Shown: positions 1 to 12,428, numbered from the stretch's first letter. The stretch: DNA of 64,000 nt from Eledone cirrhosa (GCA_964016885.1 OZ024741.1:257610001-257674000), one strand, 5' to 3'. The notes: generated from the sequence alone by a model not told the origin. Translations and numbers: made by a program.

Positions 1-3000
1 CCGACAGGAGCAGGGCGGCCTGATTTCTTCCGGCGTCTGGAGACCTTTCTTGGAACGTCCCGCTCTTTAGTGTTAGTGGGCAACTGGAACGGGATCTTAG
101 ATGCACGCTGGCACTTGTAGGATTAGCGAATAGGGGAAGATGGTGCAATAGCCTCACCAACCTTCTCAGGCGTTTTGAACTGTCTGACAGGTACCGATTG
201 GATTTCCCGAATGCGCCAATGTGGACTTGGACAAACAGCATCGGGTCATCCAGATCATATCTAGATAGAGTATTTTGTAGGGAAATAGATAGGTCTAGCA
301 TAGGCTGTCCATAATTAAAGATACTCAGCTACACGAACCACAAATTCGTGATCTGTGTGGTTGACTTAGAATGGCTTCATAGACGAGGACCCGGCTACTG
401 GAAGCTAAACGCGTCCTTACCAGCGCGCAAGGCCTACAGAGACCGGATTACCGAAATAGTTAAGCGGGCGTTGACGGGGGCCATCGTCAACAACTGAAAA
501 GAGGGATTAGAATAGAGTCCATTAGGTTTAGTAAGGCTTTAGCAATAGAGAAAAATAGAGCAGAGGGAGAACTAGTTAGAAAATTAGACGAGGCGCTTAG
601 CAAAGGCATCGCGACCGACGTACTTGCGGCGAAATTGGCCATTGACCAATTCTTCAATGCAAAGCACGAAGGCTGCGTTGTCAGAGCTAGGGTGCGTGCT
701 CTCAGACACGAGGGGACGAAAGCCGTTCAATGGGCCTGAGTGGCGGAGGAGCGTCGTGGCATCAAAGCCACGATCCGGTCTTTGGTGATCCACGACGGGC
801 ACATGCTACTCGATCCCGGGAAAATGTGTGAAGCTTTTCAGCGACACTTCGCTCAACTGTTCGGGGGCAGCAGCCGGCCGGATCGGGGGATGGACTTTAG
901 TGTCTACCTCGACGGACTGCCGCGGCTCTCGGCCACTGAGGCGGAGTTTTGCGAAAAGCCGATAACAGCCGGTGAAGTACGGGAGGCAATGACTGGCTGC
1001 ACAAAGGGTAAATCACCTGGTTTGAATGGTCTGCCTTATGATCTTTATGTACAGATGCTAGACTTGTTCGGTGGCCTCTTGGCGGACGTCTACTGAAACT
1101 GGCAACAGAACGGGAGAATTCCCTGCTCTGTGAGCCGAGGAGCGGTGGCGCTGCTGAGAAAGGATCCGAACAAGGGGGATAACATAGATAATTTCAGGCC
1201 CATAACTCTGCTAAACACAGGGTTCAAGATTTTGGCCAAGGTGTTAGCAAAGAGATTGGTGCTTGTCGTTGGTGGTCTGGTGGGAGAGGCGCAGACATGC
1301 GCCATTCCGACTGATCCATCCACGACAACCTCCACCTCATGCAATACATCGTGGAGAGGGTAGCTAGGGAACCTGGCACGAGTGGATCTTTGATCAATTT
1401 AGATCAGTTGAAAGCTTTCGATAGGGTCGACCATCGTTACCTGGCGGCAGTCCTGAGGGCGGCTGGCTTTGGGCACGTCTTCAGAGGCTGAATCGCTGCC
1501 ATGCACAGCGACATCTGCTCTGTGGTGAGAGTGAACGGTCACCTTTCGGAACCGTTCAACATCATGCGCTCGGTCCGCCAAGGATGTCCCCTCTCGTCCC
1601 TCTTGTACGTATTGACTCTCGAGCCATTACTGCACAAACTGGAGAAGTTAAGGGGGTTCCCGCGCGAACTAGGATGCGGAAAGATCCATGTCAGCATATG
1701 CGGACCATGTCACCGTAGTGGTGTCGAACGCCAAACACATCGAGGTGATCGGCACTACACTAAGAGAATACGAAGCGGTGACAGGAACAATGATCAACCA
1801 GGAAAAGTCAGTGGGACTGCAGCTCGGCACCTGAAGAGGCAGGTCCATGCCGTCCAACAGCGTGGTCGGCCGCTGGACGGACGGACCGGTTAAATTGCTA
1901 GGGCTCTGGCTCTGTCCGGACCTCCAGACGGACAAAAACTGGGACGAGGTGACGAGCAGGGTGGCTTCTCTCACCCAGAAATGGGCGGAGAGGAAGCTAT
2001 ACCTGAAAGGTCGAGCGGAGGTGGATAACGCGTACATAGCGTCCGTCATCTACTACCGCCTGACCGTCGTACCTTGTCCTAAGTCCCGCCTGACTGCGCT
2101 GGAGCGTTTGCTCTTTCGCTTTTTGAGGAAGGGACGCGCTCCCATGGTCAGGCGGTCCATCTGCTGTCAACACCCGCTACGTGGAGGGGTGGGCATGCCG
2201 TGGCTGATGATGCGCAGACACGCGCTCAGGCTACGAGATCTCCACCTCTTCCTCGACGGTGATCAGGTGTAGTCGCCATTTGCTAGACGCGTCTTTCCCC
2301 AGCTCGTCTCCTTGACGGAGCTGCAGTCCTGGGTCAAGCGAAGACCGAGAGGGAGCGCTTGGAGACTGGAATGTCTTCAGGCGCTCACAGCCAATCGGGC
2401 AATGTGATCGGTGGAAACTCAACCTTGGCGTTCTATAGAGGTTTAGTGGAGGGGAAGAGGGGTGACGTGCTTGGGAAAACTCTAGGCGTCGACGAAAATC
2501 AACTAGCCAATCTCTTCGGAAGAACTTTCGGGCCTGGGCATATGGACAACTTCCAGAAATCCCTGGCCTGGCAATGCTACCGAGGAGCTTTGCTAGTTCG
2601 GAATAAACTCTACAGGCATGGAGGTGCCGTCAGCCGGGCATGTCCGAGATGCGCGCAGGGCGACGAAACCGTCCTGCACGCACTCGTCCAGTGTCCGAGC
2701 ATTGCTGACTTGTGGGTTTATGTCGAACACCTGCTGTCGCGTGTAGGACGGATTCAGCTATCAGCTGAGTCCATCATGAGGATTGCCCCGCCCTCTCCCT
2801 TTAGCCTGGAAGGGCAGGCAATTTTTATCTGTCGGGTGGCCATGGCGAAAGAGATAGTATGGTGGACGCGTTTGAAAAGGCTGAAGTCGAGCACTTACCT
2901 CTTCGGTGATGCCCTGATTAACTTTTTCAAATTTCATTTAAAAAGGAAAATCAAGGTAGAGAAGGAAGTGCTCTCTTCCCAGCATTTTGTTGGAAGATGG

Positions 3001-3260
3001 GTGAGAGAAGCAAGAATGGCCCGTTCAAATGGGCCTAATCTGAGTATGTGCCTATAAATTGAAGGTGGAAAACTGGGAGGGGGCACTTGCCCTGGTGGTC
3101 AGGGTCACCGTGGGTTTTTTAAATGGGCTTTCTCCACGAATGTCCCTCGGAAGTCTCCCCTCTATTAGAGAATTTTTCGTTGTTTCTTTTTTGGGGCTGA
3201 TTACTAACTAACTATAGCAGTGGTGTTAGACCCCCTGTAAAGCCGGCTTCATAAAAATTC
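1..3260 (+). mobile_element. L1/Tx1-clade non-LTR retrotransposon ORF2 (APE endonuclease, RT, zinc knuckle), degenerate and cut by the window edge
   Basis: Endonuclease-like LVLVGNWN near 70-90. RT motifs KSPGLNGLPY, NFRPITLLNTGFKILAKVLAKRL, KAFDRVDH, SVRQGCPLS and YAD. C-terminal CPRC..ETVLHALVQCP. Several stops and frameshifts; 3' boundary approximate. Confidence 0.9.
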
Positions 3261-3688
3261 TTTCACTACAATCTCGTATTTAGTATTTTTCTCCACCTAT
3301 TAAACTTTTCTATAGCTTAGCAATACCAATGAGAGATTTGGTGATTGTGGAAATGGAGTAGTAACCAGAAATTGTTTTTTATATATTTATTTCCTTATTT
3401 TTATAAGGGTTTTTTTGTTTACTCCCTTTCGATTTACCTATTCTTTCAACCGCCCCCTTCCCCTTCTCCAGTACACTTTTTACGACCTTCTATTCACTAT
3501 CCTTAGAATCTGCTGTATAGATTTCTCTTTCAACGCTTGACTGGGTTTCCGCCCACTCCCTCTTTGTTCTACCGGCAAGTTCAGCCACCCTACCTCCCAC
3601 TAAATGCCATGATAGATTCATCTGTCTTTACAACAAATGTTTGACCATCCTTTTGACAATTATTATCTTCCCATATTAATTATTAATT

Positions 3689-3783
3689 ACCCCTGAGAAG
3701 TTCGGCTATTTATTTACCAGGCTAAAAATTCTTATTTAGTCCAGAATTAGCCGTCGAAACGGCTTAAGCTCTGCCGTCGGGGT
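3689..3783 (+). ncRNA. Type I hammerhead ribozyme motif (variant core) in a Penelope-like pLTR remnant
   Basis: accc-CTGAGAA, stem II cggcta..tagccg with long loop, GAAACGGC-ttaagctct-GCCGTC, then gggg. Followed by an actc..gagt hairpin and an (AT)n tract. Confidence 0.65.
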
Positions 3784-3897
3784 CATACTTGTTCCTATTA
3801 CCCACTCTACTACCCTAAGTATTGAGTACTTTGGTGCGTTATGGTCCATCTGGTTCCTTACCACATTTCCTTCGTTATATATATATATATATATATA

Positions 3898-4700
3898 TCA
3901 TCATCATCACCGTTTTACGTCCATTCTTCCACGCTAGCATGGGTTAGACGGGTTGTCCTGTTGTCGGCAGTGCTTGGTCGGCTGACCTTGTCTTGCTCAT
4001 ACGGGAACTGATTTTGGCTTGATTTCTACAGCTGGATGCCCTTCCTAATACCAACCTCATTTACAGTGAGTGCTGGGCGCTTCTTTTCTGTGGCGCCTAC
4101 ACGACCACTTTACAGTGTGGGCTGGATGCTTTTTTGCCATGGCACCTCCACGACAACTTTGCAGTGGGAGGGGATGGGGGCATATTGTCTATATGCTTCA
4201 GCTTTGGGTTGTTCCCGTGGGATGTCGGGCTTCTGTATTACTGTGTGCGTAAGCTGATATGATTGTGGCAATTGCTTTATTCAGGATTAGTCTGAGTTTA
4301 ATGATTCTTGCATTCACCCTGTTCACTGAGCTTACCTTATCAACCCATTTGTCAGCTAGTAGGATAACTACACCACCCATCCTGTTGTCATTTCCCACCC
4401 AGAAAAATTTGTAGCACTGATTTTTGCCTACAAGGATTCTAGCGGACTCCCCTCTCCATCTAGTCTCTTGCACACAGCATACATCAATTTCCTTTTGCTC
4501 TAGCATCTTTACGATTTCTCCTGCTCTTCCTTTCATTGTGCTTACATTTGTGGTTCCAACTCGGAGTTTTGGACATTTGTCATCACTCGTAGGATGGGGT
4601 GAATTTTTGCGAAGGGTGTGTATGTGTCCTGTCTCTGAATTAAAGCTTCGCATGGGTGCTTGGTAACTCGCGGATTCATATTTATTTATTAATTTGGGGT
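3898..4700 (-). mobile_element. Internally deleted RTE-clade LINE: endonuclease N-terminus fused to 3' UTR with (GAT)n tail
   Basis: ORF 4198-4653 reads LRVGTTNVSTMKGR..VCCVQETRW..IISAYA and then runs directly into a 3' segment nearly identical to 8725-9076. The 5' part may extend to about 5385. Confidence 0.75.
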
Positions 4701-4817
4701 GGTTCCATTTATCCTCAGCTCATCCATAGATATCAGTAAAAGAAATATTTAGTGCAAGGCTAGAAGGACAGTAGTAGTAATGGCAGAGTTGGTTGGGGCT
4801 GGTAAGGGCTAGGAGTG

Positions 4818-4818
4818 C

Positions 4819-4882
<64 letters not shown>
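4818..4882. repeat. (TAG)n microsatellite
   Basis: About 21 tandem agt units. Confidence 0.95.
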
Positions 4883-5385
4883 ATGGCAGTACTTGGGGCT
4901 GATAATGGGTTGAGGTTTGATTGGTCGAACGAATAGCCTATGGTGGTGAGTGGGGGTGGATGGCAGGGAAATTGTGAGATAGGTAGCCATCACGGTGTAT
5001 ATCATCATAGGAGATTTGAGGAAAATAAGCCGGTGTAAGTAGGCAAATTGGACAAGGCCAATATGCGAAGGTTTCGAAGATGGTCACCTAGCTTCGTAAA
5101 CATCGAAATGAATGTATGAGAGAAGAGGGAGGTGATAACGAGGGTTAGGGATGACTTTCGTAGAGAGAGAAGCATAGTGATCAATGTGGTGTATTTCGAA
5201 AACAGCGTCGAAATACATAAGTTCTGGCAACAGTGACTGATAATAATAATAATAATTACGATGTGCACGGGACATTTTGAAAAATCGAGGAAGAGAGATA
5301 CCTGCAGGAGAGGAGAAATAATCTATGGACGACTGGGATAGGTTGAAAGTATTTAGGAATCCATGTAGTCCTTCAGTTGATTGAA

Positions 5386-5528
5386 CGTTTGAAAGTATAT
5401 ACTTTCCTTATGCATATTAACGGCTGAGCAGCCTAATTTGCATATCGAGTGAGTTAGTCGGCCGGGCGTACCGAAAGTATATACTTTCAAACTGACAGGA
5501 AGTTATACGGTGCTGATGACAGCTAATC
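5386..5528. repeat. Rearranged fragment of the ~430-bp hammerhead repeat (orientation flips at gaaagtatatactttc)
   Basis: 5390-5475 matches the unit on the minus strand; 5473-5528 matches on the plus strand and ends in acggtg-CTGATGA-cagctaat (5' half of the hammerhead). Confidence 0.8.
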
Positions 5529-5529
5529 T

Positions 5530-5928
5530 CCTTATAATATATAACCAGCAATTTCTCTGTCTGTCTGTCTGACAGTGGAAACACGTGCGAGCGTGCGAAT
5601 GTTTTTTGCGCACGCGTAGAGAGAGAGTGAGAGTGAAAGAAAGAGACAGACTACGAGAGGGGGATAGCGGGAGGGGGAGAGAGAGAGAGAGTGAATAGAC
5701 GCTAAAACACGTGCGCGCGTGCGAATCTTTTTTGCGCACGCGTAGAGAGAGAGTGAGAGTGAAAGAAAGAGACAGACTACAAAAGGGGGATAGCGGGAGG
5801 GAGAGAGGGGGGAATTGAGGAGTGCTACAGAAACATATATACATTTCTGTGTGTGTGTAATATATATATATATATACACACACAGAAATATATATATATA
5901 CACACAGAAATATATATACATTTGTGTG

Positions 5929-5973
<45 letters not shown>

Positions 5974-5993
5974 GAAATATATATATATTTCCG

Positions 5994-6024
<31 letters not shown>

Positions 6025-6070
6025 TACACACACAGAAATGTATATATACACACAGAAATATATATACATC
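5530..6070. repeat. Low-complexity composite repeat: ~120-bp tandem duplication plus AT/AC 'cacacagaaatatata' minisatellite in both orientations
   Basis: aaacacgtgcg..gagagagtgagagtgaaagaaagagacagactac occurs at about 5579 and 5706. The same minisatellite recurs at 6620-6750. Confidence 0.6.
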
Positions 6071-6307
6071 CCTTAGCTACTGTAGTGTATCTGTTGCTAT
6101 CTCTCTCTCCAGCTATCCCTCTCTTTTAGTCTGTCTGTTTCTCTCACTCTCACTCTTTCTCTTTGTAACACACTAACATTCCTCCCCTCTATCGCTGTGA
6201 CGAATGGGGAGATGGATGAGGAGGAGGAGGAGGAGAGAGTCACTTCGTCACTTCACCTCTGCCTTTCTTTCTCTCCCCTCTCACTCCCTCATTACGTACA
6301 GACATTA

Positions 6308-6500
6308 GGGCGGTGGATTGGCAGAAACTGTAGAGAGTCGGACACCATGCTTCATAGCATGGAGTTACGTCCCTTTATGGTCTGAGTTCAAATACCGCCG
6401 AGATTAACTTTGCCTTTCATCCTCACGGGGTCGATAAAATAAAGTACCAGTAATGTACTGGGTAATTGCTGGCCTTGTGCCAAAAGTAGAAACAATTATT
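6308..6500 (+). mobile_element. tRNA-derived SINE
   Basis: A-box-like tggcagaa, B-box-like gagttcaaatacc, central aactttgcctttcatcc..ggggtcgataaaataaagtaccag and an (ATT) tail. Homologous copies at 21837 and 30813. Confidence 0.85.
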
Positions 6501-6692
6501 AGAAACATTGCTTCATTTTTACATATCTTAGCATTAGTAAAATAACTAATAATTTCAAAAGTAATTTTTCAATTCCAATTGTTATGTACAGCAAAACATT
6601 AATAATAATGTTGTTCTAAGAAATATATATACATTTCTGTGTGTGTAATATATATATATACACACAGAAATATATATACATTTCTGTGTGTG

Positions 6693-6739
<47 letters not shown>

Positions 6740-7248
6740 GAAATATATGGGCATTTCTCTGTTTGTCTGTCTGTCTGTCCTTCCCTAAAACTCAAATGTA
6801 GGTGCTACAGAAATATTACCTTCCCCTTCCTTTCTCCACTTTGGTACTACCAAGAGAAACACTGTCGCTATAGAAACATTACCTTCCCCTCTCCACTGAC
6901 TTTGGTCACTGAGGCCGAGGGAATCGATGGTTGTTATAGAGACACCTTGCACAAGCCAGAAGTAACCAGTTCGAGGCGGTTTTGATTTGACACCATGCCA
7001 AGGACCATTTGAAGATATATTTCCATCGTTATATCATAACGTTTATGTATCATAACGTTTATATTTCCGTCACTAATCTCTTTTTCTCCTTTTTCGTTTT
7101 AACATATATTTATTTCAAAATATTTCACCGTATAGATAACATATATATTTATACATGCATAAAATACACACCGAGAGACGGTGAACATGTGGTGCCGAAA
7201 ACATTTCTCATCCAAATCTCAGCAATATCAGTATATACACTAGATTTG

Positions 7249-8043
7249 CTAGCAGAAAACCGCCCACCGGGTGGTTTTCTGCTAGACTATATATTTAAAA
7301 CTGAAGATGTCTGTCTGTGTGTGAGTTTGAATCCCTAAAAATAGAGAAGCACCCAACCGACTGTTTTCAAACTTTACACATGTAATACTTATATTTCAGG
7401 AAATGTTCTGAGCAAAAAAAGTTTCAAATTTTCAATGCCCTAGGCACCGCATTAGGCGATTTAACGATCTCTCTCTATAATTCTTAGTCTTTCTCTTTTT
7501 AGATAGATACATACATATAACGTAGCGCCCTTATAATATCTGTCTCTATGTCTGGCTGTCTGCATTACGTCACTTCCCTGAGGATGTCTCTGTGTGTGCG
7601 TGTGCGTGTGCGTGTGCGTGTGTGTGTGCGTGTGTGTGAGTTTGAATCCCTAAAACTCGAGAAGTACCCAACCGATTCATTTCAAACTTTACACGTGTAT
7701 CACTTATGTTTCAGGGAGTGTTATGCACATAAAAAATCAATTTTTTAAAATCTTTTATGGCCCGCATTATGTGAAAAACTTCATTTTTTCAGCTTTTTAG
7801 GGCTTTTCCCGAAATTTCAAAGCATATTATGCACATAAAACAAAATTATTTTCTTGATGCCCTCGGGCCCGCATTAGGTGAAAACCTCATTGAGGACAAT
7901 CTTAAAGATTATCCAGCCATTAGAGTATTCGGTTTATTTTCTTTACATATTATCCAGGCATGCAGCTTTTCCACGATTAGGTCTGTTGGCTGCCCGCGTT
8001 CCAAAATACCTTATCCCGTGCAACGCCGAGTACCACGGCTAGT
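7249..8043 (+). mobile_element. Non-autonomous Helitron-like cluster
   Basis: Body 7287-7573 is homologous to 30150-30441 (minus). The 3' end cccgtgcaacgccgagtaccacggCTAG-T lies at about 8015-8043. A 37-bp palindrome at 7249-7285 ends in CTAG on both strands. Confidence 0.65.
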
Positions 8044-8045
8044 AA

Positions 8046-8700
8046 GCTATAAACTAGTACATCGTTCCTTTGTCAGTGTTGAACAAAATGGCAACGATGG
8101 TTGCCGAACACTGTAGGGCTAATAATTCGGGCTGTTTGTTTAGAAACAAACCGAACATTATAATAAATGTTCGGTAAAACGATACGTACATATATATATG
8201 TGTGATGTAATGTATATATATACATACTACTGTACGTCTGTATACATATATGTATGTACGTATACATACTTATATTTAAGTATCAGCCGTACTAAGAGTG
8301 AGAAATGAACTTTCATTTTTTCCATTTATCATTTTCGGTACGCCCGACCGACTAACTCACTCGATATGCAAATTAGGCTGCTCAGCCGTTAATATGCATA
8401 AGGAAAGTATATACTTTCAAACGATCAATCAACTGACAGGAAGGTATACGGTGCTGATGACAGCTAATAAGCTAGAAACTAGTTCATCGTTCCTTTGTCA
8501 GTGTTGAACAAAATGGCAACGATGGTTGCCGAACACTTCGGCTAATAATTCAGGCTGTTTGTTTACAAACAAAACGAGCATTATAACAAGTGTTCGGTAA
8601 ACCCATACGTACATATATATATATATATGTGCATGTATGTATGTGTATACATACTACTGTACGTCTTTATACATATATGTATGTACGTATACATACTTAT
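8046..8700 (+). mobile_element. Tandem (~1.5 copies) ~425-bp hammerhead-containing repeat, candidate non-LTR retrozyme
   Basis: aaactagt(a/t)catcgttcctttgtcagtgttgaacaaaatggcaacgatggttgcc recurs at 8051 and 8476. Many internal palindromes. Confidence 0.8.
8448..8490 (+). ncRNA. Minimal type I hammerhead ribozyme (retrozyme-type)
   Basis: Stem I acggtg/catcgt; CTGATGA; stem II agct-aata-agct; GAAAC-TA-GTT. Confidence 0.8.
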
Positions 8701-8724
8701 AATTATGTATCACATTATATATAT

Positions 8725-9076
8725 CACACAGTAATACAGAAGCCCGACATTCCACGGGTACAACCCAAAGCTGAAGCATATAGACAATATGCCCCCATCC
8801 CCTCCCACTGTAAAGTGGTCGTGGAGGTGCCACGGCAAAAAAACATCCAGCCCACACTGTAAAGTGGACGTGTAGGCACCATGGAAAAAGAGCACCCAGC
8901 ACTCACTGTAAATGAGGTTGGTGTTAGGAAGGGCATCCAGCTGTAGAAATCAAGCCAGAATCAGTTCCTGTATGAGCAAGATAAGGTCAGTCGACTGGAC
9001 ACTGCTCAAAACAGGACAACCCGTCTAACCCATGTTAGCGTGGAAGAACGGACGTAAAACGGTGATGATGATGATG
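8725..9076 (+). mobile_element. RTE LINE 3' end fragment with (GAT)n tail
   Basis: Inverted near-identical copy of 3898-4246. Shares cagtaatacagaag and the aggaagggcatccagc..ggacgt..gatgatgat tail with the RTE copy at 18281-18770. Confidence 0.8.
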
Positions 9077-9089
9077 TAGTGGGATAGCA

Positions 9090-9830
9090 GGCAAACTAAC
9101 AGGTAGGGAAAACTACGTATGCAGTAGATGGACAAGGAAAGTTGGCAGTAGTAATAGCAGTGATAGACACATTTTCCAATGCAGGTGGGTTCTATAGAAG
9201 TGGTTGATAGCTTCCGGTATCTAGGTGATCAGATTAGCATGGGAGGGGGGGGGGGGTATTCCGAGGCCATAGTATCTAGAATAAGGACGAGTTGGAAGAA
9301 GTTTAGGGAGCTGCTTCCTTTGTTGACAAAGAAGTGTTTCTCCCTGCATACGAAAGGGCGGTTAGATGACGCCTGTGTGAGATGCGCGATGTTGCATGGT
9401 AGTGAGACATGGGCAGCAACTGCAGAGGATATGCGACGGCTGGAGGGAAATGAAGCAATTATGTTCCGTCGGGTGTGCAATGCCAATGTGCGTGAACGAC
9501 CAAGCATAGACGAGTTGAGAAAGAAACTGGGTATTAGAGGGATAAGTTGTGGTGTGCAGGAGAGATGTCTGAGATGGTATGGGAATGTGATGCGCATGGA
9601 GGATGACCGCTGGGTAAAGTGCCAAGAAATGCCAGTAGAAGGAAGATGCAGTAGTGGTCGACCACGAAAAACATGGGCGGAGGTGGTGAGAGCAGACCTC
9701 AGATCGCTGAAACTCACCGAGGAGATGACAAAGGACCGTTACAAGTGGAGAGATGCTGTACTGAACAAAACCCTTCCAACCCTTGCAAGTAGGGAAAAGG
9801 GGACGTAAAATGATGATGATGATGATGATG

Positions 9831-9833
<3 letters not shown>
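9090..9833 (+). mobile_element. 5'-truncated RTE-clade LINE (RT C-terminus)
   Basis: EVVDSFRYLGD..AMLHGSETWA..LRWYGNVMRM..GRPRKTW, followed by a (GAT)n tail. Confidence 0.88.
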
Positions 9834-9904
<71 letters not shown>

Positions 9905-9914
9905 TTCATTTTAT

Positions 9915-10078
9915 ATATATATCACATAAGATACGGGAAATCAATGGTGCCACGAATAAGATAATATCTCTAATAAATCTTATTCGTCGCACCACTGATT
10001 CTCCGTTTCTTATGTGATATTATACTCTGCTCTGTAAGAGCATCGAGTGCTCAAACGGCATACCGCTTACGGACGCTT
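9915..10078. repeat. Inverted-repeat remnant between AT microsatellites with a pLTR-type tail hairpin
   Basis: atatcacataagatacgggaaatcaatggtgccacgaataagat is inverted against atcttattcgtcgcaccactgattctccgtttcttatgtgatat, followed by tatactctgctc..gagcatcgagtgc. Confidence 0.6.
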
Positions 10079-10093
10079 TAAGCATTCCACACC

Positions 10094-10153
<60 letters not shown>

Positions 10154-10166
10154 TTAATATAGATGA

Positions 10167-10215
10167 GATTCTACAGGACTAGAACTGTTTCATTCTTTAG
10201 AAATCACCAGGAATC
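10167..10215 (-). ncRNA. Type I hammerhead motif (Penelope-type, one core mutation)
   Basis: Minus strand reads gattc-CTGGTGA-tttctaaagaat-GAAACAG-ttctagtc-CTGTA-gaatc. Same family as 21377 and 41958. Confidence 0.7.
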
Positions 10216-10669
10216 TGGGTATCAAAAAATAAAAATGGTATTTATAGGTCTCTACAAGTGGTAGGAGAGGGTGGGGAGTGGATGGGTGTAGGTCATTGGT
10301 TGATAGAAGAGGGAATTCATTAAAAGCTAATTCTACAAAGCTATAGTTTATTTTTATTTATTTATGTTTTTAGAGTAACAAGGGCAGACAGAATTCTATA
10401 AACAGGTTCCGGATGGCATACCATTCCTTGTCATTAAGTTTCTCTTAAACTAACAGATGTCTATAAGATCAGTGGGGGGTCAGTCATGGTCGATAGAATT
10501 AAAGAAAAGGGAGATTCTTTAAAAGCTAAAATCATTAAGGTTCTACCAAGTGACAAAGGTTTAGAGAATTCTGTAGACAGATTCAAAATACTGAGTGCAT
10601 ATCTTACAATTATCTTCGAACTTCTCTTAAACTAATCAACTATATGCCAAAAATCAACAGACACATTCA

Positions 10670-10792
10670 CAAAAAAACATACTCACTCACACACTCACGC
10701 GCAACCATAAACACACATACACATACACATATACACACATAAAAACACACACACATATATATAAATATAAATATATTTATATACATATACAT

Positions 10793-10855
<63 letters not shown>

Positions 10856-11003
10856 TATATATACATACACACACATACATATATATACACACACACACAC
10901 ATATATATACACATATAAATACACTCACACACATACATACAAACACAAAACACAAATACACATAGATATATATACATATATATACAGATATATATATATA
11001 TAC

Positions 11004-11056
<53 letters not shown>

Positions 11057-11094
11057 ACATACACATATATACATATACACACACATACACACAA

Positions 11095-11144
<50 letters not shown>

Positions 11145-11184
11145 AAATATATACATATACATACACACACACACACACATACAT

Positions 11185-11233
<49 letters not shown>

Positions 11234-11268
11234 TATATACACATATATAAGGAAAAAGCACCATACAT

Positions 11269-11307
<39 letters not shown>

Positions 11308-11308
11308 C

Positions 11309-11351
<43 letters not shown>

Positions 11352-11393
11352 TACACCATTCATACATATATTCATATATATATACATACACAC

Positions 11394-11486
<93 letters not shown>

Positions 11487-11601
11487 CATATATACACACA
11501 CATATACATACACATATACACACACACATACACATACATACATATATACACAAATACCTACACACATATACACACACACATATATACATATATATATATA
11601 T

Positions 11602-11638
<37 letters not shown>

Positions 11639-11758
11639 AAAATATATATATATATATAAATATATAAAAATATACACACATATACATACATATACACACA
11701 TATACATATATATATATATACATACAAACATACATACAAACATACATATACACATATA

Positions 11759-11830
<72 letters not shown>

Positions 11831-11912
11831 TACACACATATACATATATATATACACACACACACATACACATATATATACACACACACACACACACATA
11901 CACATGCATATG

Positions 11913-11945
<33 letters not shown>

Positions 11946-12026
11946 CCATATATATACAAATATACACATACATACACAGACCTATACGTAAATATACACA
12001 TATATACAGACATATAACGCATATAT

Positions 12027-12077
<51 letters not shown>

Positions 12078-12139
12078 CACGCATACACACATACACACAC
12101 ACACACACAAATATATATACACACTCTCTCTCACGCACA

Positions 12140-12213
<74 letters not shown>

Positions 12214-12280
12214 TATACACACCTGCCCACACACATATATATATGTATATACACACACACACACACACACATACATACAT

Positions 12281-12325
<45 letters not shown>

Positions 12326-12340
12326 TGTATGTGTGTGTAC
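10670..12340. repeat. Large compound (AT)n/(AC)n microsatellite (~1.7 kb)
   Basis: Continuous dinucleotide tracts. Confidence 0.97.
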
Positions 12341-12428
12341 AACCTGTTATCAGAAACGTCATCAATGATGTATGAAAATTCTGCATGACATTGTTTTTAT
12401 TAACATGTATAATCTAAATTCATCTAAC

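Noticed and set aside
6308-6400. tRNA gene
   Set aside because: A/B boxes only, no cloverleaf; it is the head of a multi-copy SINE.
7165-7215. Possible degenerate hammerhead (ccgagaga-cggt..gccg-aaaac)
   Set aside because: Core mismatches and no convincing stem I or III.
10667-12386. Long YI/VC-rich ORFs (up to 521 aa)
   Set aside because: Translation artefacts of AT/AC microsatellites; the same applies to ORFs at 5503-6176.
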